From: an uncultured Anaerolineae bacterium
Lineage (GTDB): Bacteria > Chloroflexota > Anaerolineae > VGOG01
Direction: 5' to 3'
NCBI GenBank assembly: GCA_964461615.1
Contig: CAYWWC010000001.1
Coordinates: forward strand, 1-58,231
DNA length: 58,231 nt
Shown: in pieces, positions 1 to 11,300 of the stretch
Position numbering within the stretch: position 1 is the stretch's first letter
How the letters are laid out: every line of letters starts with the position of its first letter
Program-made: the position numbers and the translations under genes
The notes under the pieces: model-generated
What the model saw: the letters and a program-made list of their open reading frames with translations, nothing else
What the model was told of the DNA's origin: nothing
Databases searched by the model: none

Positions 1-56
1 GGCTCAGGGAGCGGGTCAGTTCAAGGTCGAGAGCGAGACGCCGGCGCGCGTCGACG

Positions 57-3000
57 ATGCGTTTCGCCAGGGCGTCCACGCCTACCCACTCAACCACTCC
101 CACGTCCACGCCTACCCGCTCACCCACTCCCACCATGACCCCGCTCAGTCCCTTTACCTGGATGGTGGACACTACGAGTGACGAACTGGAAAAGATCAGC
201 CTGCGCTATGCGCTGACCTATGCCCGCGACGGCGACACGATCCAGTTCGACCTGGACGTCTTCCCGCCGGGCGCGCCTGCCACGATCCAACTCGCGGCCG
301 AGCTGCCTCAGATCGACCAGGGCAATCTGATCATAGATGGCAGCAATGCCGGCGTCATTCTGGACGGCTCGCTCCTGCCCGCCGGCACGGATGGGCTGGC
401 GGTGGCCTCCGACAGCAACACAGTCACCGGGCTGTGGATTCAAGACATGCCTAACAACGGCATCTCTGTCCTGGGCAAGAACAACGTCATCGGTGGCAGT
501 ATCGGCGTCACGGGTGAGCGAGCTGCAGCAGTTGGCGTGTCCGGGCCGCCAGTTGTACCCGATATGGTCATCAGCGGCAATGCTGGTCATGGCATCGAAA
601 TTCAGGGCAACGGCAACATTGTGCAGGGTTGCTACATCGGCACGGATGCAACCGGTATGGCGGCAGTCGGTAACAGCTTGAACGGTATCCACATGAGCAA
701 TGGCGCCCAGGGCAACCGGGTGGGCGGCAGCGTGGCTGGGCAGGGAAACCTGATCAGTGGCAACCAGTTGGTAGGTATACAATTGAGAGACAACAAGACT
801 GAGCAGAACCGCATTGAGGGCAACTACATTGGCGCAAACATCACCGGCATCGTCCCCCTCGGCAACCAGGATCGGGGCGTGTCTATAATCAACCTGGCCC
901 AACACAATCACATCGGCGGGGAGGATAAGTTCGCAGGCAATCTAATTTCTGGCCACGGTCAGGCAGGGATTGAGATTCTGAATGCTTACTTCAACAGTGT
1001 AATCGGCAACATCATCGGCCCGAACATCACGGGCAGGATGCCTATGGGCAACGGCACCGGCGTGTCGCTCTCGTCAACTTATGAGAATCTGATCCATGGC
1101 AACCTGATCAGCGCCAACAACGGAAACGGCCTCTACATCTACAGCGGCAGTGAGAACACCATCACCGGAAACAAGATCGGCGCCGACTCAACTGGCGACA
1201 TGGCCCTGCCCAATCAGCAGAACGGTATCTACCTGACCAGTGGTACACATGACAACATCATTGGCGGAGAGACCGGTACGGATGGCAACCTGATCAGCGG
1301 CAACACCCTCAATGGCATCCGCATGGCCGCTGGCGCCGGTCCTCCCCCCCACCACAACACCATCCAGGGCAACAAAATTGGGACGAACCTTGCAGGTGAC
1401 GCAGCCCTGCCCAACGGCCGTGGTGGCAATGCCGGTGGCATCTACCTGATGGAGGGTTCCCACGAGAACCTCATTGGCGGCATCTCCAGCGACAGCGGTA
1501 GTTGTACTGGCCCTTGCAACCTCATCAGTGGCAACGGCCAGGATGGTGTGCGCGTGGACGGTGCTGGTTGGGGCAACACCATCTCCGGCAACTTCATCGG
1601 CGCCAACGTGGCCGGCGACGCGGCCCTGGGCAATGCAGCCGTCGGCATCGGGCTGGTGCGCGGCGCCCATGAGAATCTAGTGGGCGGCGGGGCAGGCGCC
1701 GGCAACCTCATCAGTGGCAACGGCGCCACAGGCGTGAGCATATTCGACGGCAGCTCGAGCAACACCATCGCCGGAAACTTCATCGGCGCCAACGCGACCG
1801 GCAACGCGGCCATGGGCAACGGCGGTAATGGGGTCAGCATCAGCGATGCTGACCGCAACGTTATAGGTGGCGCGGCGGGCGCCAGTTGCAGCGCAACCTG
1901 CAATCTGATCAGCGGCAATGCCGGAAATGGGATCTCCATCACCGGTGCTGACTCCTACTCCAACTCAGTGTATGGCAACTTTGTCGGCGTCAACAAGGGC
2001 GGCGATGCTGCGATACCCAATGGCGACAGCGGTGTCCTGGTTGGCTTCGGCGCTCACGACAACCAGATAGGCCTCCCTGGCAACGGCAATGTACTCAGCG
2101 GCAACGAGTTGGCAGGCGTGCTGCTAACGGGCGCAGCTGCGAACAAGAACAATGTGATAGGCAACATCATCGGTTTGGACGCCAACATCAGCATTCCCTT
2201 GCCCAACTTCTACGGCGTGTACTTGTCAGACGGGCCACAGGAGAACCGGGTAGGCGGCTCAGGGATGGACGAGGCCAACACCATCGCTGGCAACAGCTCT
2301 CACGGCATCGTGTTGACCGAGGAGGACACGGCAAACAACATCATTGAGCGCAACTATATCGGCACCAACGAGTTCTCAGCCGGGTACCTGGGCAACAGTG
2401 GAGCGGGTGTGTTCCTCACCAGCGGCGCCCATCACAACGTGATCGGCCTGGAAGACCCCCGGCATGGTTTTGGCAACATCATCATTCACAACCTCGGCGA
2501 TGGGGTTGCGATTTCCCACTACGCCCACCACAATCAGGTAACCGGCAATTACATCGGAGGCACGGTCGGCGGTTGGGGAGCAGGCAACTTTGGCCATGGC
2601 GTGTACATTTATCTGGGTGCGAACAACAACCAGGTGGGCGGAACAAGCTCATTTGGCGACCAGGGCAACATCATTACCGCCAACCGTGGTGATGGCGTAC
2701 GGGTAGACGGAGGCGGTAGTATCGGCAACACCATCACCCGCAATAGCATCTACGACAATATCTGGATGGGCATTGAGCTCAGTGACGGTGGCAACATGGA
2801 GTTCCCCCCGCCCACCATCAGCGACTTCGGTTGGGACAATGCCGTCGCCTTGCACAAAATTGAGGGCTCTACCTGCGCCAATTGTACAGTTGAGATCTAT
2901 TCGGATGCCGAGGATGAAGGGAAGCTCTATGAGGACTCGGCGGTCGCTGCAGCGGATGGCGCCTTTATCGTGTGGGTCACGCGCCATGCTCGAAACTTCA

Positions 3001-5330
3001 CCCTGACCGCAACAGACCTGTCCGGCAACACCTCAGAGTTTGGCGAACCGCTCGAAAGGCTGTGGGCCAGGCTGGTGGCTACGCACCTGGAGGCGACCCA
3101 GGTCATCCAAACGTTGGACCCGAACGAAGACGAAGTACCCCTGGTGGCCGGTAAGAGGACCTACGTCCGCTTCCACGTCCGCTCCGACACAGGCCAATCC
3201 GAGCCAGACGTCACGGCTCGCCTCAACGCCTTCCGAGACGGAGTGCAACTCGAGCCGCACAATCTGCGCCCAGCGAATCCAGCACGCACTATCACTGTGC
3301 AGACCAACCCCGATCGGGGGCAGCTCCAACATAGTTTCTTTTTCCGAGTACCGGACGAGTGGGGATCAGGCACAGTCACATTCCAGGCAGAGGTCAACCC
3401 GGAGGTCGCCATTCCTGAAGGGAATCTTGACGACAACATCATTACCAAGAGAGTCACGTTCCAGTCCCAGGATCCCCTATGTGTGGGGATGGTCCGCGTT
3501 CGCACCAGCCCCCAGACGGCTTCTATGGATGATCCTGGTTTCTGGGATATTATCGGCTGGCTCAGAGCAGCCTACCCGGTCCCACGGGTTCGGGTATACA
3601 ACACGCGTCATACGGTAGAGGAGCTGCAGACGTGCTGGAAGGAGGTCTGTGCCCCCCTCGTCGGTTGGCCTTGCGCTGACGTCCCCTACCCCTGCTATGG
3701 CCCTTACGAGATGCCCGATGATAGCAAGAAGGTATTGAAATCGCTCTTTGTGTTCAACACTTTTACCGACGATCCCGATGAATGTGACAGTCAGCTCTAT
3801 TACTTTGGCATGGTTCACCCCCGTCACGGGGCGGGAGCTGGCGGTGCTGGCTATCTGGATGGGGACGAAGCCTGGGGGTTCATGAACCTCAATCGTCTCG
3901 GAACCGGTGCCGCGTGGTATGCACCCCATGGCGGCGCGACCATGGCCCACGAAATCGGCCACAATCTCAACCGCAGACACGTCGATTGCGGTGGTCCAGA
4001 CAATGTTGATGGCGACTATCCTTACAACGAGTGCGACCTCGGCCCTAATAACGCCACATCCTACTATGGCTTCAAGGCTGGCGATGAGGCCGTGATCCCG
4101 CCTACCGAGGCAGGGGACCTGATGTCCTATGCCCACAGTGTGGGAAAGCCACGCTGGCCCTCGGACTACACCTACCGGGCGCTGTACAATCGTCTCCCAG
4201 GCAGGAGCACTCTCAGGGCCTCAGCCACAATGCCTGAGCAACTGGCTCAGGCTCAGGAGTTGTTGATCGCTACGGGGACCATCATCCCTGCCGAGGGCAC
4301 TGCCACGCTGGATTCCTTCTACCGGATGCCACAGGGTACCTTGAGCGCTGCCAATGTGGCCCGCGCGGCGGAGCGCCAGGCGCTGGTCGCCAGTGATGAG
4401 ACCTACAAGTTACAGTTGCTCGACGATGCAGACGGCGTACTGGCCGATCAGCCCTTCCAATTGCCGACCGTTATGGACAGTGAAGGGCCAGATAACCCAT
4501 TCATGGTGATCATGCCCTATCATCCCGACACGGCGCGTATTGTCTTGCTCCAAGATAGCGTGGAACTTGCATCGCGCGCGGTCAGTCCCCATGCACCCAG
4601 CGTTCACCTGATCTCACCCAACGGAGGTGAGACGATCACAGATACTCTCACTATCCAGTGGGAAGCCGAGGACGAAGACGATGTGGAAGATGACGTAGAA
4701 CTAATTCTTTACACCGTTCAGTATAGCTCCGATCAAGGAGAGACCTGGAAGACACTTACCACCAATCAGGTGACGACTACGTTCACTCTGGAGACAGAGA
4801 CCCAGCCTACCACTACATTGACCCTACGCCGTCACATGACACTTACCCTGAAGACAGATGGCCTGCCAGGAAGTCAGGGACAGGCTCTGATCCGGGTCAT
4901 CGGTACCGATGGGGTCAACACTACCATTGACCAGTCAGACCACCCCTTCACACTGGAAGCTCACCCACCGTTGGTTTACATTGTGGAGCCGGCCGATGGC
5001 GCGCTAATAGAGCCCGATTCGATGATCTTCCTCTCGGCATCCTCAATAGACGCCGAAGATGGCCCCCTGGCCAACGACGCCTATGTCTGGACGTCGGACC
5101 GCGATGGCTACCTGGGGGCTGGCGACGAGATTCTGGTATCCGATCTGAGCCGTGGCTGGCATCAGATCAGCGTTATCGGCGCCGACAGCGACGGCAGCAG
5201 CGCAACCGACGCCATCCAGGTCTTCGTCGGATATCGGGTGCATCTGCCCTTGATCCTGAAGAGTTCCCCAAGTTCAAGGGACACTGGAGGATACCCGTGT
5301 TATCCCTGCCAATTCGTGTCCTATGAGTAA
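57..5330 (+). CDS. Giant surface/secreted protein: Thr/Pro linker, long right-handed parallel beta-helix (PbH1/NosD-like) repeat region, metzincin-like zinc metalloprotease module, Ig/Fn3-like domains, C-terminal HLPLILK motif
   Basis: 1757-aa ORF. Dozens of ~22-aa repeats (NLISGN, GI.I, IGGN patterns) are typical of a beta-helix. Zinc site HEIGHNLNRRH is followed by a Met-turn-like DLMSYAH. The frame stays open to the left window edge, and the first residues are a TP linker with no SD or signal peptide. The true start is therefore probably upstream of the window. Confidence 0.8.
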   Translation: MRFARASTPTHSTTPTSTPTRSPTPTMTPLSPFTWMVDTTSDELEKISLRYALTYARDGDTIQFDLDVFPPGAPATIQLAAELPQIDQGNLIIDGSNAGVILDGSLLPAGTDGLAVASDSNTVTGLWIQDMPNNGISVLGKNNVIGGSIGVTGERAAAVGVSGPPVVPDMVISGNAGHGIEIQGNGNIVQGCYIGTDATGMAAVGNSLNGIHMSNGAQGNRVGGSVAGQGNLISGNQLVGIQLRDNKTEQNRIEGNYIGANITGIVPLGNQDRGVSIINLAQHNHIGGEDKFAGNLISGHGQAGIEILNAYFNSVIGNIIGPNITGRMPMGNGTGVSLSSTYENLIHGNLISANNGNGLYIYSGSENTITGNKIGADSTGDMALPNQQNGIYLTSGTHDNIIGGETGTDGNLISGNTLNGIRMAAGAGPPPHHNTIQGNKIGTNLAGDAALPNGRGGNAGGIYLMEGSHENLIGGISSDSGSCTGPCNLISGNGQDGVRVDGAGWGNTISGNFIGANVAGDAALGNAAVGIGLVRGAHENLVGGGAGAGNLISGNGATGVSIFDGSSSNTIAGNFIGANATGNAAMGNGGNGVSISDADRNVIGGAAGASCSATCNLISGNAGNGISITGADSYSNSVYGNFVGVNKGGDAAIPNGDSGVLVGFGAHDNQIGLPGNGNVLSGNELAGVLLTGAAANKNNVIGNIIGLDANISIPLPNFYGVYLSDGPQENRVGGSGMDEANTIAGNSSHGIVLTEEDTANNIIERNYIGTNEFSAGYLGNSGAGVFLTSGAHHNVIGLEDPRHGFGNIIIHNLGDGVAISHYAHHNQVTGNYIGGTVGGWGAGNFGHGVYIYLGANNNQVGGTSSFGDQGNIITANRGDGVRVDGGGSIGNTITRNSIYDNIWMGIELSDGGNMEFPPPTISDFGWDNAVALHKIEGSTCANCTVEIYSDAEDEGKLYEDSAVAAADGAFIVWVTRHARNFTLTATDLSGNTSEFGEPLERLWARLVATHLEATQVIQTLDPNEDEVPLVAGKRTYVRFHVRSDTGQSEPDVTARLNAFRDGVQLEPHNLRPANPARTITVQTNPDRGQLQHSFFFRVPDEWGSGTVTFQAEVNPEVAIPEGNLDDNIITKRVTFQSQDPLCVGMVRVRTSPQTASMDDPGFWDIIGWLRAAYPVPRVRVYNTRHTVEELQTCWKEVCAPLVGWPCADVPYPCYGPYEMPDDSKKVLKSLFVFNTFTDDPDECDSQLYYFGMVHPRHGAGAGGAGYLDGDEAWGFMNLNRLGTGAAWYAPHGGATMAHEIGHNLNRRHVDCGGPDNVDGDYPYNECDLGPNNATSYYGFKAGDEAVIPPTEAGDLMSYAHSVGKPRWPSDYTYRALYNRLPGRSTLRASATMPEQLAQAQELLIATGTIIPAEGTATLDSFYRMPQGTLSAANVARAAERQALVASDETYKLQLLDDADGVLADQPFQLPTVMDSEGPDNPFMVIMPYHPDTARIVLLQDSVELASRAVSPHAPSVHLISPNGGETITDTLTIQWEAEDEDDVEDDVELILYTVQYSSDQGETWKTLTTNQVTTTFTLETETQPTTTLTLRRHMTLTLKTDGLPGSQGQALIRVIGTDGVNTTIDQSDHPFTLEAHPPLVYIVEPADGALIEPDSMIFLSASSIDAEDGPLANDAYVWTSDRDGYLGAGDEILVSDLSRGWHQISVIGADSDGSSATDAIQVFVGYRVHLPLILKSSPSSRDTGGYPCYPCQFVSYE

Positions 5331-5394
5331 AGAGAGGGGTCATCTCCCGATCCGGAGGGGCGGCCCGTCCCCATAAACCCCAAAGGAGAGACCC

Positions 5395-8300
5395 ATGACC
5401 TTGCGCAAGTGGTTCGGCTCTATTATCTTAGTTATACTCCCCCTGTTGCTGATCCCCTCCCCCATCGCGGCAGATCCCTCATCGGAGCCGCCCTCCCTCC
5501 AGAAGATCCCCCTGGCCCTGCGGGTCAAGATCGAGCCGCTGGTTCTCAAAGAGCTGGACTCCGGGGAGAAGACCACCTACCTCGTCCACCTGACCCAGCA
5601 GGCCGACCTGGCCCCGGCGCAGCGCATCCAGGGGAAGCTGACCCGCCGCCAGGCGGTGGTCTCATCTCTCCAGGCCGTGGCCGAGAGGAGCCAGCGAGGC
5701 ATCCGGGCCTATCTGGACGGACAGCAGGCCTCAGGCCACGTCGAGGGATACATCCCCTTCTGGGTCTTCAACGGCCTGGCCGTGACCGGCGACCTGGAGA
5801 CCCTCCTGGCCCTGGCCGCCCGCCCCGAGGTAGATGCCATCCGCGCCAACCACACCCATCAACTGCCGAATCCCCCCTCCCCCTTCTTGTCCCCCCTCTG
5901 GGAGGGGGGAGAGGAAGAGGGGGGTGTCGAATGGAACATCGCCCAGGTGCGGGCCGATCAGGTGTGGAGCGATTTCGGCATCACTGGCCGCGGGGTGGTG
6001 GCGGCCAACATGGACACCGGCGCAGACTGGACCCACCCTGCCCTGCAGGGCAAATATCGTGGCGCCGACGGGAATCACGATTATAACTGGTTCGATTTCA
6101 CGGACACCTACCCTATCGCCCCTGATGATGGCTACGACCACGGCACCCACACCATGGGCACCATCGTGGGGGACGACGGGGGAGCGAATCAAATCGGCAT
6201 GGCTCCCGGCGCTCAATGGATCGCCGTCAAGGTCTTCGATGATTACGGCGTCACCGATGATGTGAAGATCCACCAGGGCTTTCAGTGGATGCTGGCCCCC
6301 ACCGACCTCAATGGAGAGAACCCGGATCCCAGCCAAGCCCCCGACGTGGTCAGCAACTCCTGGGGCAGCACGAACGGGGCCGATCCCACCTTCTGGCCCG
6401 ATGTGGCGGCCTGGCGGGCAGCGGGCATCTTCCCTGTTTTCGCCGCTGGCAACGAGGGAGAGATGGGCGATGGGTCGGTGGACTCACCGGGCAGCTTCCC
6501 CCACGCCGTGGCCGTGGGGGCCACGGACTCTGAGGACGCCATTGCCTACTTCAGTAGTCGGGGCCCCTCCTTCTGGGAGGAAACCAAGCCTGATGTCAGC
6601 GCGCCCGGCGTGGACATCCGCTCCAGCGTCCCCGGCGGTGGCTACGCAACCTCGGCCGGCACCTCCATGGCCACCCCCCACGTGGCGGGACTGGCGGCTC
6701 TGCTGCTGGAGGCCGCTTCGCTAACGGGGGCCGATCCCACTCTGACTTTGGACGACCTGGAGAACTTCATGAAGTACACCGCCCTCGATCTGGGCGAGTC
6801 CGGCCCCGACAACGACTACGGCGCCGGGCGGATTGACGCCTACGATGCCGTCCGTTGGGCCCTGGGGGCGGGGAAGCTCTACGGCACGGTGACCGCTTCA
6901 AACGCGATGGGCGAAGGTCTCCTGGGGTTGGGCGAAGGTCTCCCGACCGAGCCCCCTCGCGCTGGTATTCCTGGAGCCACGGTCAGCGGCGTCAGCCGGA
7001 CCGGCGACGTGCCAACGGAGTTGGCCTTTGTCGCTACCGCCGACGCCACGGGAACCTACGCCGTGAGCGTGCCGGGGGGCTTCTACGACGTCACAGCCAG
7101 CGCGTTCGGCTACCTCTCGGCCACGGTGCAGGGGGTGGAGGTGGTCACGGGCTACATGTCCATGCGGGACCTGGCCCTGAAGCCGGCCCCAACGGGAACC
7201 CTCAGCGGCCGGGTGACGGAGGGGGGGACGGGGGAGCCGCTGGCGGCCACGATCCGCGCCCTGGACACCCCAGCCTGGACGACGGCTGACGCCGCTTCAT
7301 CACATGTACGTAGCGGCGCCTTCGGTAACGGGTTCTACAGCCTGGCCTTGCCTGTGGGCAGCTACACGGTAGAGGCGAGCGTGAGGGGGCATCAGATCCA
7401 GCGGGCGGTGGTCAGCATCGCTGAGGGAACGGTGACCAGCCAGGACTTCGCCCTGCCCTTGGCCCCCTCCCTCCTGCTGGTGGACGCCGACGCCTGGCTG
7501 GGGGAGAATGTCACTCTTTACTATCAGTACGCTTTGGACGAGGCTGGCTACCTCTACGATACGCGCCTCATCACCGACACGATCTATATGCCCACCGCCG
7601 AGGAGCTGGGGGCCTACGACGTCGTCATCTGGGCCCACCCCTGGCGGTCGCCGGGCTACATCGGCGCCGACCAGGCCCTGATGGATTACCTGGACAGTGG
7701 GGGGCAGCTTCTCATCGCCGGGCAGGACATCGGCTACTGGGATGACTACCAGGAATACGCCTTGTCCTTCTACACCAATTATCTGCACGCCAACTTCGTC
7801 GGAGAGTCACAGACCCTGGAGCCGCTGATTGGGGCCGACATCTTAGAAGGATTGACCCTCACCCTCAACGATACCTACACCTACAAGAACACGGGCTTCT
7901 GTACCTTGTTCGGCTGCTTCTATCCCGACGAGATCGAGCCTGCCGACGATGCTGTGGGGGGAGGACTTCCCGCGCCCATCTTGGCCTATCCCGATGGGAG
8001 CATCCGGGGGATCAAGGCCGAATCACCCCCTTACCGCGTGATCTACTTCGGGTTCGGCCTGGAGAGCGTCGGCCCCCGCGATGCACTGGCCCAAACGATG
8101 GAGCGGGCTATCACCTGGCTCACCCTACCTTCCCTGACCAAGACGGTGGACAGGGAAGAGGTCGTTCCGGGCGAGGTACTGACCTACACCCTGACCCTGA
8201 ACAACATCGGCGCAACCGACCTGCCCGGCGTCAGCCTGACCGACCCGATCCCGGAGCACACGACCTACGTCCCCAACAGCGCCACCGGCGGCGCGACCTA

Positions 8301-11300
8301 CAATCCAGATCTCGACCACATTCAGTGGAGCGGCGCCCTGCCGGCCACGACCCAGATGACCTTCACCTTCCAGGCGGTGGTCGAGGAGCCCCTGGCCGGG
8401 GGGACGGTCATCACCAACACAGCCACCCTGGACGACGGGCAGGCCCACACCCTCCAGGCCAGCGCAACCACAACGGTGATGGGTCCCGACCTGACGAGCT
8501 CGACCAAGACGACGGACAAGGCTCTGGCCCTGGCTGGCGACACCCTGACCTACGCCATAACCCTGATGAACACAGGCTCTCTCAGCGCCACCGGAGTCAG
8601 CCTGGTGGATCCTATTCCTGAGAACACGATCTACGTGCCCGGCAGCGTCACCGGCGGGGCGGTCTACAACGCGGCCCTTGATCGGATCGAGTGGACGGGG
8701 GATGTGTCGGCGAGGAGCCAGCAGGAGGAAGGGAGCTACATCTGGACTGACAGCGACACGCCCGGCGGCCCAGTCTACGACTGGATGGACATCACGGGGA
8801 CAGGTGCCCCCATCACGGGCCTGGGGGACGACACCAACGCCGGCCCCTTCCCCATCGGGTTCTCCTTCCCCTTCTACGGAAATGAGTTCACCCAGTTCTA
8901 CTTGAGCACCAATGGCTTCCTGAGCCTGTCGCCCATCTCCGGCCGCAACTTCAGCAACCTGGCTCTGCCTGCCCCCTTGGCTCCGGGCAACCTGCTGGCT
9001 CCCTTCTGGGATGACCTCAACTTCTCCACAAGTGGGGAGGCCTACTATTGGAGCGGCGTCCTGAGCGACTCGACTGAGCTCGCCGAAGTCCTGTCGAAGG
9101 GCAACAGCGCGGACGCCCTGGTGATCTCCTACGTGGAGGCTCCCCGCTACGGCGACGGTGGCCCCTACACCTTCCAGGTCATCCTGCGGGCCGACGGCTC
9201 CATCACTTACCAGTACCAGTCCATGACTGAGCTGCTGGATAACGCCACCATCGGCGTTCAGAACGCCGACGGCGCCCAGGGGCTGACCATCGCCCACAAT
9301 CAGACCTACGTCCACGACGAGCTGGCGGTGCTCATCTCCCCCCCTCCCCCTCCTGTTCCACCGCCCTCCATCACTTTCCAGGTGAAGATTGACGAGTCTC
9401 TGCCCGCCAACACGGTTATCACCAACACAGCCTTCATCATTGTTACTATTGAGGACACAGGGCTCAGCCACCAGCGCAAGGCCACGACCATCGTCAACGC
9501 CGTGGACCTGACCGGCTCGACCAAGACGGCGGACCCTGCTGTGGTCGCCTCCGGCGATGTTTTGACCTACACCGTCGTCCTGCGCAACACGGGGAGCGGC
9601 GATGCCCAGGTCAGTGTCACCGATCCCCTCCCCGAGCACACGACCTACGTGCCGGAGAGCGCCACGGGCGGGGCAATGTACAACCCGGCCCTGGATCAGA
9701 TCGAGTGGACAGGGGCCGTGTCTGCACAGGCGGAGAGGGCCTTCTCTTTCCAGGTCAGCTTGGAGAGCCCCCTGCCCACTGGGCTGGTCGTCACCAACAC
9801 AGCCGCCATTGATGATGGCCTGCATCGGCCCTTCACTCGGACCGTCGCCGCCACGGTGCAAAGCTCGGATCTGGGGACCTCGGTCAAGACGGTGGACAAG
9901 GCTATAGCCCTGGCTGGCGACACCCTGACCTACGCCATCGCCCTGAAGAACACAGGCTCTATCAACGCCACCGGTGTCAGCCTGGTGGACCCCATTCCAG
10001 CCCACACGGCCTACGTGCCCGGTAGCGTCACCGGCGGGGCGGTCTACAACGCGGCCCTGGCCCAGATCGAGTGGACGGGAGCTGTGCCAATAGAACGGGG
10101 CTATACTTGGACCGACAGCGATCAGCCCGCAGGCCCAACCTATGCCTGGGTGGACATCGCGGGAAGTCCTCCTCACGACATTGGCACGCCCATCACCAAC
10201 CTGGGCGACGACGCCAACGTCGGCCCCTTCTCCATTGGCTTTCCCTTTCCCTTCTACGGGAATAGCTTCACCACCTTCCGCGTATGCTCCAACGGCTTCC
10301 TGAGCCTGACCAGTTCTGCCACAAGCTACAGCAATTCGCCCTTGCCCAGCGGCGAGGAGCCCTTCAACCTCATAGCCCCCTTCTGGGATGACCTCACCCT
10401 CTCCTCAAGCGGAGAGGCATATTATTGGAGCAACAACCAGGACACCCTGGTGGTCTCCTACGTGGGGGTGCCCCGCTACGCCAGCGGCGGCCCCTACACC
10501 TTCCAGGTCATCCTGCGGGCCGATGGCTCCATCACCTACCAGTACCAGTCTATGGTTGCGCGTCTGGATGAGGCCACCATCGGCATCCAGAGCGCCGACG
10601 GCGCCCAGGGTCTGACCGTCGCTTACAACGAATCCTACGTGCACGACGGGTTAGCTGTTCTAATCTCACCTCCTTCCTCATCGCGCGCCATCGCCTTCCA
10701 GGTGAAGATCGCCGACCTGCTGCCGACGGAGACGATCATCACCAACGCGGCGATCATTGACGATGGGCGAGGCGCGACCTACGAGCGCCAGGCGACGACC
10801 TGGGTCAACACCATCGAGTTGGAAGGCTCGACCAAGAATGTGGATAAAAACGTGGCCGTCCCCGGCGAGGCGCTGACCTACACCCTGACCCTGCGCAACG
10901 TCGGGACCGCCGACGCTGCGGATGTGGCCGTCGTAGACCCCATCCCCGCCCACGCCGTCTACCAGCCGGGCAGCGCCACCGGTGGGGCGATCTACGATGA
11001 TGTCGCCAACCGGATTCTGTGGAGCGGTGCTGTGCCGAGCGGTAGCCAGGCCTCATTCTCCTTCGCCGTGCGGACCGTGCCCCCCCTGTCAAATGGCATA
11101 GTCGTCGTCAACACAGCCACCATTGACGATGGCGTGCACCTGCCCTTCACCCGGGTCGCCACTACGACGATAACGGCCCCAGATCTGAGCCCCTCGGAGA
11201 AGCGGGTCAGCTCGACTACCGTGAGTCCCGGTCAGGTGTTGACCTACACCATCCTGGTGAAGAACGGGGGCAGCGGCCCGGCAATGGTGGCCCTGACCGA

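Noticed and set aside
8125-10176. 683-aa ORF antisense to the S8 protease gene. The same applies to other long antisense or alternate-frame ORFs: 120-911, 3477-4136, 5409-6086, 15379-16611, 15419-16072, 28544-29614, 30417-31145, 32376-33008, 34423-35103, 36950-37735, 41806-42426, 47215-47994, 52759-53403, 53781-54518, 55305-56045 and 57507-58073.
   Set aside because: All overlap genes with strong domain evidence on the other strand or frame. They have Arg/Gly/Pro/His-rich low-information composition, no SD and no recognisable motifs. Long spurious ORFs like these are expected in high-GC DNA.
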